Positions 17,666-27,504 of a stretch of DNA of 64,000 bases are shown in pieces (the stretch's first letter is position 1; each line of letters starts with the position of its first letter). The stretch is from positions 82,953 to 146,952 of the forward strand of contig JAEYSX010000003.1 of the NCBI GenBank assembly GCA_023434325.1, given 5' to 3'. The translations under genes and the position numbers were made by a program. The stretch is from Candidatus Parcubacteria bacterium. Its GTDB lineage: Bacteria; Patescibacteriota; Saccharimonadia; Saccharimonadales; UBA4665. The notes under the pieces are model-generated. The model saw only the letters and a program-made list of their open reading frames with translations. It did not search any database and had not been told where the DNA came from.

Positions 17666-18331
17666 TTATGCTACTGCAAAGACTGCGGCACTTACGCGCT
17701 TTGCGCCTGCCCGTTTGAGCGCGGACGCAGCAGCTTCGCACGTTGAACCCGTTGTAAGAACGTCATCAATAACGAGAACCTGTTTGTTTTGAATCGCATC
17801 CTGATTTATGACACGAAAAGCGCCAGCCAACTGCCGCTTGCGAGTCTTGCGATCCTGCCCAAGCTGGCGTTGCACCCCTGTACGAGCGAGCAGGGGGAGG
17901 TAAGGGTGACCGCTCAGCCTTGATAGTTCTTTGGCGATCAACGCCGACTGATCGTATCCTCGCATGCGCACCCGGGCGTTAGCCGTAGGCGCATGGGTTA
18001 TCAGCACGCCGTCTGCGGGCACTACGCCAGAAAGCGCGCGAGCCATCACTTTAGCGGCCTCCTTGGCGCGGTCAAACTTAAGACGCCGTACTAACTCTTT
18101 GGCAACAGGGTTGTCGTAAGAGACAACCGGCCAGACGCAGAAGAGTGACGATTTAGTGCGACACCCCTTACATGTCCGATAGGATTTTTGACTAGAAAAA
18201 CAGAGGTAGCAGCGAGGCGACACCGACGCAAGCGAACCAAAACATCTATCGCACAGGAGCGAACCCTCGGCAGAACACTTTACACACTCGTGCGGCGCAA
18301 TAAGATCCAAAATGTGTTCAAGGTCAATCAT
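17666..18331 (-). CDS. comF: ComF/ComFC competence protein (Zn finger plus PRTase fold)
   Basis: Four CxxC pairs, RGYDQS, VLVIDDVLTTGST. Confidence 0.9.
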   Translation of the reverse strand: MIDLEHILDLIAPHECVKCSAEGSLLCDRCFGSLASVSPRCYLCFSSQKSYRTCKGCRTKSSLFCVWPVVSYDNPVAKELVRRLKFDRAKEAAKVMARALSGVVPADGVLITHAPTANARVRMRGYDQSALIAKELSRLSGHPYLPLLARTGVQRQLGQDRKTRKRQLAGAFRVINQDAIQNKQVLVIDDVLTTGSTCEAAASALKRAGAKRVSAAVFAVA

Positions 18332-18534
18332 GTTGTAATTCTTGTGTTGTAAATAAATCCGTTTGCGGTTGCCAGATATTTATTACCTAAGCTATACTAC
18401 CATTAACACAAAAAGTTGAGCACAATATAGAAAAGGTAGGATCCAACTTAGGGTTTTAGGATGGCCGCAAATCGCTTGTTCTAAAAGCCGGATTTCCAAT
18501 CTGAGGATTCTATTTATTAAGGAGGGTAACAACT

Positions 18535-19020
18535 ATGGCACGACGCAGCAACAGCGATGATGACCTACTGATGGAAGAGGACGAACTGACCGCCGCCTTT
18601 TTGGGCGACGATGAAGTAGTGCCTACCGCACCAGGCCAGCCCGCAGCGAGCGGACCGGCAGTAGCAAATGACGAATGGGACGAAAGCGAAGACCTACCGG
18701 GTCAGCTCGCAGTCGACGTATACGAAACGCGCGAAAAGCTAGTCGTTAAGGCTCGCACCGCAGGCGTTAACAAGGGCGACCTTGACGTCAGCATCGCAGA
18801 CAACACGCTCAGCATCCGCGGCACACTTTCTGCCGGCAACGAAGAAGGGGTAGAGAACTACTTTGTACAAGAGTGCTACTGGGGAGAGTTCTCTCGCAGC
18901 ATCGCCTTGCCAGTACCGGTCAAAGAAGAAGAGATCGAAGCAGTCCTCAAAGATGGCGTACTGACCATCAGCTTTGCCAAGGTCAAGCAAGACACTGTAA
19001 AGAAGATCCAGGTACTCTAA
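18535..19020 (+). CDS. Hsp20/alpha-crystallin small heat-shock protein
   Basis: AVDVYET, ECYWGEFSRSIALP, AVLKDGVLTI; strong SD AAGGAGG. Confidence 0.92.
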   Translation: MARRSNSDDDLLMEEDELTAAFLGDDEVVPTAPGQPAASGPAVANDEWDESEDLPGQLAVDVYETREKLVVKARTAGVNKGDLDVSIADNTLSIRGTLSAGNEEGVENYFVQECYWGEFSRSIALPVPVKEEEIEAVLKDGVLTISFAKVKQDTVKKIQVL

Positions 19021-19040
19021 CCTAAGGTCAAATGCCCACC

Positions 19041-19070
19041 CAATACCGTTCCGAAAGGAGCGGTATTTTG
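19041..19070 (+). terminator. Terminator after hsp20
   Basis: AATACCGTTCC-GAAA-GGAGCGGTATT followed by Ts. Confidence 0.8.
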
Positions 19071-19104
19071 CTATGTGCAGTTGGCCGTTCCTAAACCCGC
19101 GCGA

Positions 19105-19151
19105 TATAACAAAACAGCTCGCCGACAGAGAAGGTGAGCTGTTTTGTTATA
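19105..19151 (-). terminator. Terminator of the pilin gene array
   Basis: TATAACAAAACAGCTC...GAGCTGTTTTGTTATA 16-bp inverted repeat. Confidence 0.8.
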
Positions 19152-19173
19152 GACGGACGTACGCGGGCGTCGA

Positions 19174-19599
19174 CTAAGCGCTGACCACACGGTCGAGGAC
19201 GAACTGAACGATGAACTGCGCAAGCGCTACGATCACCAAACCGATAATTGCGTAGATAATCGTGTTCTTGGCGCTGGTAATATTACCGGAGTCACCACCA
19301 GAGGTGATGTACTTAAAGCCACCAAAGATGATCATAATAACGGCTATGATTCCCACAACGATCGAGAAGATGTTAACAACGGTAGTTACGATGCTTTGAA
19401 TCTTGTCGGTTGCGTCTTGCGTTTGGGCCGGCGTACAGTTCTGCCCGCTGATGCCCGCGTTAAGGTCGGTGCCCTGAGACAAACATGCACCGATATCCTG
19501 GGCGTTCACGGCCACAGGAGCAAGCGCGACGGCAGGGGCGAGCGCCATCAGCAAGCTGGCTCCCACGACGACCATAGTCCTTCGTATTGATTTAAACAT
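19174..19599 (-). CDS. VirB2/TrbC-like T4SS pilin (copy 6)
   Basis: Signal peptide, Cys pair, GGFKYITSGGDSG..AKNTIIYAIIG. Confidence 0.88.
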   Translation of the reverse strand: MFKSIRRTMVVVGASLLMALAPAVALAPVAVNAQDIGACLSQGTDLNAGISGQNCTPAQTQDATDKIQSIVTTVVNIFSIVVGIIAVIMIIFGGFKYITSGGDSGNITSAKNTIIYAIIGLVIVALAQFIVQFVLDRVVSA

Positions 19600-19676
19600 T
19601 TTGATGTTCCTTTCTTATGCTTTGCTCTCTTTATAGCACAACGCCGCTTATGTTTTCAACATCGCTCGGAGGGGAC

Positions 19677-20063
19677 TTAACGGACCGCGCGCAGTACAAA
19701 CTGTACGATAACTTGCGCGAGCGCCGCTATGACCAAACCAACGATGGCATAGATGAGCGTCTGCTTGGCGGTGGTAAGACTCCCGGAATCGCCGGCCGCA
19801 GTAACATACTTAAAGCCCGAAAACATGACCATGATAACTGCGATAATACCAATAACAATACTGAAGAGATTGATGACATTACGAATAACCCTCGTGAGCG
19901 AGATGTTGCTCGAACATCCGCCGGATCCGCTAGCCGCACCAATACCTTTACATACCTCGGACTGGGGACTCGCCGCAGACACAGTAGCGGGTGATAGTGT
20001 CGCTACACCTGCAAAGGTCAGACCGACAACCGACAAAGAAATCATTAAGAATCGCTTAAACAT
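19677..20063 (-). CDS. VirB2/TrbC-like T4SS pilin (copy 5)
   Basis: Signal peptide, Cys pair, SGFKYVTAAGDSG..AKQTLIYAIVG. Confidence 0.88.
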   Translation of the reverse strand: MFKRFLMISLSVVGLTFAGVATLSPATVSAASPQSEVCKGIGAASGSGGCSSNISLTRVIRNVINLFSIVIGIIAVIMVMFSGFKYVTAAGDSGSLTTAKQTLIYAIVGLVIAALAQVIVQFVLRAVR

Positions 20064-20072
20064 ATGCTTATT

Positions 20073-20468
20073 CTACACCGCATTTACTACAAATATAACT
20101 ATTGCACGGGCAAGAAATATCACAACCAAGCCGACAACAGTGTACGTTATAGTCTGCTTGGCAGTGGCGATCTTGCCGCTGTCTCCGCCGGCCGTAATGA
20201 ATACAAAGCCGGCCACCATTATCATGATAACCCCGACAATACCGGCCACAATAGACAGCAGTTCGGCGGCACGAAGGATGATACCCCCCGAACCGGTAAT
20301 CTTGTCGTCGCCACTGCATGCAGAAGAGCTGGCCCCGGCGCCCTTACAGGCATCTCTCAGGTAATCGATAGCGGACGCGGCCTGGGGGACTGCGACTATC
20401 ACAAGACTCACAAACGCAACAATTACCGCAAAACCTGCGATTGTACGGAATAAGTGCCGCCAAATCAT
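20073..20468 (-). CDS. VirB2/TrbC-like T4SS pilin (copy 4)
   Basis: Signal peptide, Cys pair, AGFVFITAGGDSG..AKQTITYTVVG. Confidence 0.88.
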   Translation of the reverse strand: MIWRHLFRTIAGFAVIVAFVSLVIVAVPQAASAIDYLRDACKGAGASSSACSGDDKITGSGGIILRAAELLSIVAGIVGVIMIMVAGFVFITAGGDSGKIATAKQTITYTVVGLVVIFLARAIVIFVVNAV

Positions 20469-20755
20469 CCGGACCCAACCCCCATAACAACAAAGTTAAC
20501 AATTGCAAACGCGGTGATTATAACAACCAAACCGACCGAGGCGTATAAAACAGCATTTCGCGCCGTAGCTACCTCATTAGAGCCGCCCTGAGAAGTGATG
20601 AATCGAAAACCGGCAACAACAATTATAAGCACCGCCACAGCACCCATTACGCCGAGCACCGTATTTATGATCGACTGGAGGCTGTCCGTATTTGCAGGCA
20701 CACCCTGGACGGGGCCTAAATCGAGCGCGGCAAAGAAACCTGCAAGCTTGTCCAT
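20465..20755 (-). CDS. VirB2/TrbC-like T4SS pilin (copy 3, short)
   Basis: AGFRFITSQG...ARNAVLYASVG; no long signal peptide and no Cys pair. Confidence 0.85.
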   Translation of the reverse strand: MDKLAGFFAALDLGPVQGVPANTDSLQSIINTVLGVMGAVAVLIIVVAGFRFITSQGGSNEVATARNAVLYASVGLVVIITAFAIVNFVVMGVGSG

Positions 20756-20756
20756 G

Positions 20757-21113
20757 TTAACTCATACTCCTGCCGACAAATGCCACGATTGCGGATGAAA
20801 GCATAGCAATAACCAGTCCGATAATAGCGTTGATAATAGTTTGGCGCGCCTTCTTGACTTTGTCGCTCTCGCCTTGGGCAATAATAAACTGAATACCACC
20901 ATATATTATGTAACCTACTGCGACCAACGCCGCCACGCGCAAAGCTATATCAACCACCGCCAATCCTACTAGCGGAATATCCGACAATTCAAACCTAACA
21001 ATGTCACACCCCTGGAACCTAGAGTTCGGCAAATATTTGTACCATGCCGGAAGACCAAAGAAATTCGATGGATTACAGGGAGCAGCAAATTTTTCTAGCA
21101 AAGAAAAGAGCAT
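20757..21113 (-). CDS. VirB2/TrbC-like T4SS pilin (copy 2)
   Basis: CNPSNFFGLPAWYKYL...C, GGIQFIIAQGE...ARQTIINAIIG. Confidence 0.85.
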   Translation of the reverse strand: MLFSLLEKFAAPCNPSNFFGLPAWYKYLPNSRFQGCDIVRFELSDIPLVGLAVVDIALRVAALVAVGYIIYGGIQFIIAQGESDKVKKARQTIINAIIGLVIAMLSSAIVAFVGRSMS

Positions 21114-21511
21114 TACCAGATACCTCCTGGCACCAGGTAATTCAAAAAGGCGAGCAAGAAGGCGTATGTCACCAGTCCGACAACCACGCCAAATATGCGT
21201 TCCTTGGCTTTAGTCACCATTCCCGGATCATCAGCCGAGGCACTGTACTGTATTCCCGAGATAATGATAGCCAGTACCGCTGCAATACCGATCAGAGCGG
21301 TCAACACACGTATGGCGGGGTTAATGTATGTCTTTATAAACTTATTGCACTCCGAACCTTTCGTGCCACAAACGTCGACACACTGCTTGTCTTTGGAGGG
21401 GTTACAGTCGGCCGCGCTCACCGTTGTCGGCGTGAAAGCAGGGACCACAGCAAGGGCCAACGCCAATCCTATAAAAAGGGATTTCCAACTTAATAATCGT
21501 TGCGTGTTCAT
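21113..21511 (-). CDS. VirB2/TrbC-like T4SS pilin (copy 1)
   Basis: Signal peptide, 4 Cys, SGIQYSASADDP...AKERI. Confidence 0.85.
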   Translation of the reverse strand: MNTQRLLSWKSLFIGLALALAVVPAFTPTTVSAADCNPSKDKQCVDVCGTKGSECNKFIKTYINPAIRVLTALIGIAAVLAIIISGIQYSASADDPGMVTKAKERIFGVVVGLVTYAFLLAFLNYLVPGGIW

Positions 21512-21637
21512 AACTGCTTATGGAAAGTATAGAGTCCATGTCCAGTAAATACAATGTGTACGTTGCCTGTGAGCCCAGCGTGAGCAACGTAAGAATATCC
21601 CGTTGTGAGCAATGTTGCTTATGCTACAATTAAAAAA

Positions 21638-24600
21638 ATGACAATGACCCGAGGAACCATTGGTAGAGCCCTGCGTAAACTCGCTTCTGGCAGGGTAGTA
21701 CTATTCGTAAGTCTGCTTGCGATCGTGTCCTCGTTTGCTATGCCCCTGGCGACCACCCATGCCGTCGGCGGAGACTACAAACTTGCCGTCAAACTCAGCA
21801 ACTCTCGAAGTGACGTTACCGTTACCGCAACTCGTGACACCAGCCTCAGCCCTACCGAAGTAAAGTTTACTTCGACAAACGGCACAGACTGGATCAGTGA
21901 AGGCGATTACATAAGACACACCAACGTTGAGGTCTGTAACGCACACCGCCCTACATGCGAATGGCGCATCTCGGTAAAAGAAGGCGGTAATGAGATATCC
22001 TCGACGGGCCCTCAGTTTATTATAGGCCAGAGCACATCTAGGGAAGGACTCCTCGCACACACCTTTAACATAACAGTACCTGCAAAGGACGCCGCCCCCA
22101 CCACCGGTAAAATTACGGGCAAGGGAACCTTCATCAACTACATCATCCAGCCCAACCAAACTCTACCTATACCCAAAACAGTACCTATCAAGATCGCTCA
22201 AACGGCCGGAGGCAATCACAAGGCAGAAGTCTTCCCCGACGATGCCGGCGTCTATACATTCCACAACGTGCCACCCGGCACATATACATTGAACGCCAAC
22301 GGCGGGTACGTTAACGGGTCAACCACCATACCGATCACCGTGTCTCAAGCAGGGATCGTCGTTAAAGCAGGAGAGACCACAACCGCCAATCTTGGTCAAC
22401 AAGACACCGGCCCAGAGGATTTGCCGGAGGAAATAGTCGAACCCGACCCATGCCTAGAGAACGCGGAATCACTCGGCTGGTCATTTTGTCCGATGAATAG
22501 CACGCTGCAGAAGATTGCCGCACAAGTCGACGAATGGATCATTAAGCTCATACACATAAATACCGACCGGATATTTGATACCTCCGAAGAAAGCGGCAAG
22601 GCTTTTTATACCGCATGGAAAGTAGGGCGCACACTCGCGTACGCGGTAATTGTAGTTTGGGGACTCGTTATGGTCTTCTCCCAACTCCTGGGGCTGGAGA
22701 TAGTCCGCCCATACGTAGTGCGAAAAATGCTACCAAAACTTGCGCTTGTAGTGGTAATCATTCCTTTGCTTTGGCCAGGGATTGCTTTTGTTGCCAATGC
22801 AGCAAACGCCTCCGCGTTTGCAATAGAAGAGTTAATAAAAGCACCTTTTCAATATCTTTGGACTACTTCGGGTGTTGCGGATTGGGTCGTCGGAGGATCG
22901 CTGTCAGTAGGAGCAATCCTCGGCGTCGGATTATATGCAACTATCGGTAACTTTGGCGTAATCGCAGCCCTCTTTGCAACCATCGCCATCGCTGCCCTTC
23001 AGGCATTACTCGTGCTAATTATGCGGGATTTGGCCTTCTATATCTTGGTTTTTTCCTCGCCGCTAGCAGTCGCGCTTGGCGCTCTCGAGGCATTCAAGGG
23101 AGTACTAAAGCTCTGGTCCAGATTCTTCTGGGGCATAATCTTCTCCATCCCCGCAGTTGCCGCCGTTTTGGCAACAAGTAAAGTTGGTGCGGCGGTCGCA
23201 CGAACAGCCAACCAGGGCGGACTCGATGTTCTCTTGGCAATCGGAATTGTCATCATCGGATATATTCTCGTGCCTCCTACGATCACATCTATTGATAAGG
23301 CATCGAAAAAAATAGACGGCATGGCCGACAAAGCGACTAGCGGAGTCCAGGCCGCGCTATCCAAGTACCGTAGTCAAACGCTCAAAAGAAACTTTGGCGA
23401 AGCGGTAGGTCACGAACGAAAGTTCAACGGACCAGTCGGCGGGATCGCCAACCGCATGGCCAACGTCAGTCGGCGCTTCCAGTCCGCTGGCCGAGCCGGC
23501 GGTGGCTGGAGGGGTGCAAAATACCACACATACTCCATGCGACTTGCAGAAGCGGCGTCAGCAAAAGCCGCAAAAGAAGATGGTGAATCCCTGAGCGGCT
23601 CTGGCGGCGACGATCAACTCATGCGAATTCTACAGGCCCCGGGCATGACAAAAGACCGGGCAATTAGGGCGTATATGGCCGAGGGCTTTAGTCGAAGAGC
23701 CGCAAAGAGTGCAGTCGAAAAGGCCGAGGCAGACTTTGGAGCAGAAATAGGGACAAGAAAGATGGAACTGGCCGCCCTGCGATCTCTCCACGCATCAAAC
23801 ACCGGATATGGTCCTGGCGACACTCCTGGTACCGCCGAACTATCCATGGTGAGAACCTATGAGGATGCCGCCCGACAGGTGATCTCAGGAAACATGACCG
23901 TTTCGGGAGCAGCCGCTATGATCGGAAGCAACAAAAACAGGGCAGAGCGTGCCGCAGGTTTTGGTACAAGAATGGCTATGGTAGAGAGAGCAGTCCGGCG
24001 GGTCCGGCAAGGACAGCAAGCGCTCACTAGCAATGACGTGTTAGCGCTTAAAGAAGAGGCGGTATTTGGAAGTGACCCGGGCTCTCTAATTGGCGCCCGC
24101 CATGAGACGTACGCACAGCTGGCACCTATGATGCTTAGACGATACCAGCACGCCCGACAGGATTACACCACCGCGCAGCGGGAATACGAGGAACATCCTG
24201 TTGCGCAGAATCTGCAAATCTCTAGGGAGCGCCTAGCGGTCAGAAGTCAGGAGGCGGACCAAGCCCGACAAGAGGCAAACCGCGCACAAGAACGCTTGAA
24301 TGCCTCGCCAGGAGACGCAACCCTACAAGCGGCAGCCCTGGCAGCCCAACAGGCATACGATGTCGCACTCAACAACTTTGCTGCCGCGCAACAGGGTGTA
24401 CAGTCAGCCCAACTAACGCATGACAACAGCCCCGAGGTACAAGACCGGCTACACCAGGCCTCCGCCCGCCGCGCGATCGTCGCATCCAATGCCGCAGCCC
24501 TTGCAAACATCTATCAATACGCCTCGTACGCGAGCGAGCAAAAGGGTCGTATCCTTGCCGATGGCGTCATGGGCCAAGCAGCTTACGACGGGGCAAATGT

Positions 24601-24757
24601 CACCGTCCAGCAGGACATAGATACATTCCGTGGCGATGCCGCATTCACCGCTCAACGACAAGAATTCGCTCAACGAAACGGCACGCCAGAAGAAATGGCG
24701 GCCCGCATCCGCAACCAGGGCGGAGGAATTCAGCCTCCAACCCCGGTTGTCATATAG
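21638..24757 (+). CDS. Large VirB6/TrbL-like polytopic membrane protein with an exported beta-sandwich N-terminus and a long cytoplasmic tail
   Basis: Signal peptide; GVYTFHNVPPGTYTL (carboxypeptidase-regulatory/Cna-B-like); C..LGWSFCP; multi-TM core with SPLAVAL; Ala/Gln/Arg-rich coiled coil; T4SS context. Confidence 0.75.
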   Translation: MTMTRGTIGRALRKLASGRVVLFVSLLAIVSSFAMPLATTHAVGGDYKLAVKLSNSRSDVTVTATRDTSLSPTEVKFTSTNGTDWISEGDYIRHTNVEVCNAHRPTCEWRISVKEGGNEISSTGPQFIIGQSTSREGLLAHTFNITVPAKDAAPTTGKITGKGTFINYIIQPNQTLPIPKTVPIKIAQTAGGNHKAEVFPDDAGVYTFHNVPPGTYTLNANGGYVNGSTTIPITVSQAGIVVKAGETTTANLGQQDTGPEDLPEEIVEPDPCLENAESLGWSFCPMNSTLQKIAAQVDEWIIKLIHINTDRIFDTSEESGKAFYTAWKVGRTLAYAVIVVWGLVMVFSQLLGLEIVRPYVVRKMLPKLALVVVIIPLLWPGIAFVANAANASAFAIEELIKAPFQYLWTTSGVADWVVGGSLSVGAILGVGLYATIGNFGVIAALFATIAIAALQALLVLIMRDLAFYILVFSSPLAVALGALEAFKGVLKLWSRFFWGIIFSIPAVAAVLATSKVGAAVARTANQGGLDVLLAIGIVIIGYILVPPTITSIDKASKKIDGMADKATSGVQAALSKYRSQTLKRNFGEAVGHERKFNGPVGGIANRMANVSRRFQSAGRAGGGWRGAKYHTYSMRLAEAASAKAAKEDGESLSGSGGDDQLMRILQAPGMTKDRAIRAYMAEGFSRRAAKSAVEKAEADFGAEIGTRKMELAALRSLHASNTGYGPGDTPGTAELSMVRTYEDAARQVISGNMTVSGAAAMIGSNKNRAERAAGFGTRMAMVERAVRRVRQGQQALTSNDVLALKEEAVFGSDPGSLIGARHETYAQLAPMMLRRYQHARQDYTTAQREYEEHPVAQNLQISRERLAVRSQEADQARQEANRAQERLNASPGDATLQAAALAAQQAYDVALNNFAAAQQGVQSAQLTHDNSPEVQDRLHQASARRAIVASNAAALANIYQYASYASEQKGRILADGVMGQAAYDGANVTVQQDIDTFRGDAAFTAQRQEFAQRNGTPEEMAARIRNQGGGIQPPTPVVI

Positions 24758-24847
24758 CCATCACCATACCAGTGCCCATAGTTCAACTATCCGCCTACTG
24801 ACTATCCTATTGACTATTCGTCAATATAATGCTAATGTATATATATT

Positions 24848-25348
24848 ATGCATGGAATTCCTCCCCGCCTATTCGAACGACAATTCTACCCCGCCACCAA
24901 ACCCATAGGGCAGCGGTCAGAGTTCGACAGACAGGTGCACCCAGGACGGGTGCGGCGCGCTGGGGAGTTTGTTGGAAATATAGCCACTCGCATGCTCTTC
25001 GGCCCGTTCGCGCCTGCCGCAAAAGCCGTCGGTCGAAAAATCATGGCGTCCGACCGTGCCCTCCACAAGCGCGCAGGCGTTACAATCACACCCGAGAGAC
25101 AGTTAAATAAGGACGCCGTCACAAAGCCCGCAGTACCCGTGCAGAAACTAATGAAGAAAACCGGAGTAACATCTGGCGACCCGACCGAGGGCTTCATCCA
25201 TTGGCGCAGAGGCGAAGACCATGGAAGCGGAGTAGGCATACAATCTAATAAACCAGGTATAGTCGGCCCAGGCCCCGCCCGCAACCCGGTTATACTGGGA
25301 GATTCAGCGATGCACGTGCTACAAGCAGCCAGAATGCCCAAGCCGTAG
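24848..25348 (+). CDS. Basic hypothetical protein
   Basis: 166-aa ORF that fills the gap and has upstream promoter-like elements; no recognisable motif. Confidence 0.45.
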   Translation: MHGIPPRLFERQFYPATKPIGQRSEFDRQVHPGRVRRAGEFVGNIATRMLFGPFAPAAKAVGRKIMASDRALHKRAGVTITPERQLNKDAVTKPAVPVQKLMKKTGVTSGDPTEGFIHWRRGEDHGSGVGIQSNKPGIVGPGPARNPVILGDSAMHVLQAARMPKP

Positions 25349-25406
25349 CAACCACACAGGCCATCGGCGCCGTGCTATAGCCGCCAGAATCGTGTAAAAT
25401 ACGCTT

Positions 25407-26591
25407 ATGGCTACGTATAAGGTGCTTCAGGATATTGAGGCCGAAGATAAGCTCATCGGTCCTTTGACGCTTCGGCAATTTATTTATGCCGGCATTGGCG
25501 CTATCTTCTTGTACCTCTCTTACGCATTAGCGAGCAGGGGAGCGGCCTTTATGCTGGTGCTGTTTTTGCCCATTTCGGCCGTCATGGGCTTTTTTGCGTT
25601 TCCGTGGACACGTGACCAACCGACCGAGGTGTGGGCATTGGCCAAAATCCGTTTTTTGATGAAACCACGTCGGCGTGTTTGGAACCAGGATGGACTGAAG
25701 GAGCTTGTCACAATCACCGCACCCAAGGCCGTCGCTGTAAACTATACAAACGGATTATCTCAGCAAGAGGTTCGCAGCCGCCTGCGCGCGCTCGCTACAA
25801 CCGTCGACACCCGTGGCTGGGCCATAAAAAATGCCAACCTTAGCCTGCCTCCACAACAAACACAAGTCCAGCCCTCTGACCGCTTGGTCGCACCTATAGC
25901 AGCGCCGCCAAAGGTCGCAGAGGACACCGACATCCGCGCCTCGGACGACATGCTGGACGAAAAAAACAACTCAAGCGCCCAGCGCATGCAAGAAATGATC
26001 GACAAAAAGGCCAAGGATCACCGACAACAGGTCATCGACAGCCTTAAAAACGACGCGCCAGCGACCAAAAAGCCGGAGTCTAATGATTACTGGTTCCTAA
26101 ACCAGCCTGCGGCGGCAACGAGCGTTCCTGACAATCTGGTAACGTTCAATACTCAGGTTGTAGCACCCGGCACAGAGACCGGCGGAACTAAAGTTGCACC
26201 GGCAGACGAAGCAAGCGCCCTGGCAGAACTAGAGGCGCACAAAGCGCCGCCCGGCGTATCCTACACCGGCCACATGCACACAATCGAACCATTGTCAGCC
26301 AAACACACTACACCGGCAGCAACTACGGCACCTGTGGCCTCACCTCAATCTCAAACAGACGCACAGGACGCGCAACCAACAGCACAAAACACAGCACCAA
26401 CGCCCCTGCAACAGCCGCAGCCTGTCGCTCCTCAAGCGACGCCCGCACAAAACGCTAATGTTCCAGTGACACCTAAAGATCAGACTGCTATACTACAGTT
26501 AGCTAGCAACGATGACTTAAACGTAGCGACGATTGCCCGGGAGGCCGAGCGCAACATTTCTAGCGACGAAGTCGTCATTAAGCTGCACTAG
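25407..26591 (+). CDS. prgI: PrgI family (VirB3-like) protein with a long disordered tail
   Basis: YKVLQDIEAEDKLIGPLTLRQFIY followed by two TM helices. Confidence 0.85.
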   Translation: MATYKVLQDIEAEDKLIGPLTLRQFIYAGIGAIFLYLSYALASRGAAFMLVLFLPISAVMGFFAFPWTRDQPTEVWALAKIRFLMKPRRRVWNQDGLKELVTITAPKAVAVNYTNGLSQQEVRSRLRALATTVDTRGWAIKNANLSLPPQQTQVQPSDRLVAPIAAPPKVAEDTDIRASDDMLDEKNNSSAQRMQEMIDKKAKDHRQQVIDSLKNDAPATKKPESNDYWFLNQPAAATSVPDNLVTFNTQVVAPGTETGGTKVAPADEASALAELEAHKAPPGVSYTGHMHTIEPLSAKHTTPAATTAPVASPQSQTDAQDAQPTAQNTAPTPLQQPQPVAPQATPAQNANVPVTPKDQTAILQLASNDDLNVATIAREAERNISSDEVVIKLH

Positions 26592-26631
26592 AGGGTAACA
26601 ACGAACATTCGGGGGCAGTCGAGTAGACTAC

Positions 26632-27504
26632 ATGGATCCTAATTTGGCAAACCAGCAGAGCACAAACACACAAGGCGCTCCAAACACACAAGGCGCTCCT
26701 GCTGTCGCGCCGCCCTCATCTCCTCAGGCCGTGGTTGGACAACAGGCCGACGCTACGACAAAGCCTGCCGCACAAAGCAACCCGAACAGCACTCAAAACA
26801 CCCTGTTGATTGCCGAAATTCGCGATGGAATTGTCATCATGAACGACGGCTCGTTCCGCTCGGTCGTGATGGTTAAATCGGTCAACTTTGACCTTATGAG
26901 CCCCCAAGAACAAGAGGCTACCGAATTCAGCTATCAGGGATTTTTGAACTCCTTGTATTTTCCTGTCCAAATATTTATTCGCTCACAAAAAGTCGATCTG
27001 CAGCCCTACATTACCAAACTGGACAAAATACGCGGCGAACACGACAACATGCTCCTAGCTATGTTAATGCAAGACTATATTACGTTCATTGATCAGCTAG
27101 CAGCTCAGACCAATATTATGGACAAGAAGTTTTATATCGTCATCCCGTTCTACCCCAAGATTGACGTTCAAAAGGCTCTGACGCAAAGCAAGAACTTCTT
27201 AACCGGCTTCATGGATCTGTTCAGCAACCGCGAACAGCATGTGGTCATCAACGAAGCCGATCTACAAAAAGCCAAGGACGAGCTCCGCAACCGCGTACAA
27301 GCTGTTATGCAGGGTTTGATGCAGTGCGGCATCAGTGCGTTGCCACTCGATACGCAAGAGTTAATCGAGCTCTATTACGACACCTACAACCCCGACACCG
27401 CCACCCGCCAACAACTAAAAGACTTTAGCGGTATGAATGCCGACGTCGTGACCAAGGGTCAGGGCGTGGCGCCGCGAGCCGACATGCGACAGGAGCTACA
27501 GTAA
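26632..27504 (+). CDS. TrsD-like / VirB4 N-terminal-like T4SS protein
   Basis: IRDGIVIMNDGSFRSVV.VKSVNFDLMS..EQ...FLNSLYFPVQI; stop overlaps the virB4 start. Confidence 0.7.
   Translation: MDPNLANQQSTNTQGAPNTQGAPAVAPPSSPQAVVGQQADATTKPAAQSNPNSTQNTLLIAEIRDGIVIMNDGSFRSVVMVKSVNFDLMSPQEQEATEFSYQGFLNSLYFPVQIFIRSQKVDLQPYITKLDKIRGEHDNMLLAMLMQDYITFIDQLAAQTNIMDKKFYIVIPFYPKIDVQKALTQSKNFLTGFMDLFSNREQHVVINEADLQKAKDELRNRVQAVMQGLMQCGISALPLDTQELIELYYDTYNPDTATRQQLKDFSGMNADVVTKGQGVAPRADMRQELQ

Noticed and set aside
18395..18535. CIRCE/HrcA operator upstream of hsp20
   Set aside because: No TTAGCACTC-N9-GAGTGCTAA match; only a weak partial resemblance.
26660..26700. 18-bp tandem duplication (NTQGAP x2)
   Set aside because: An in-frame slippage repeat in a disordered N-terminus with no sign of wider significance.
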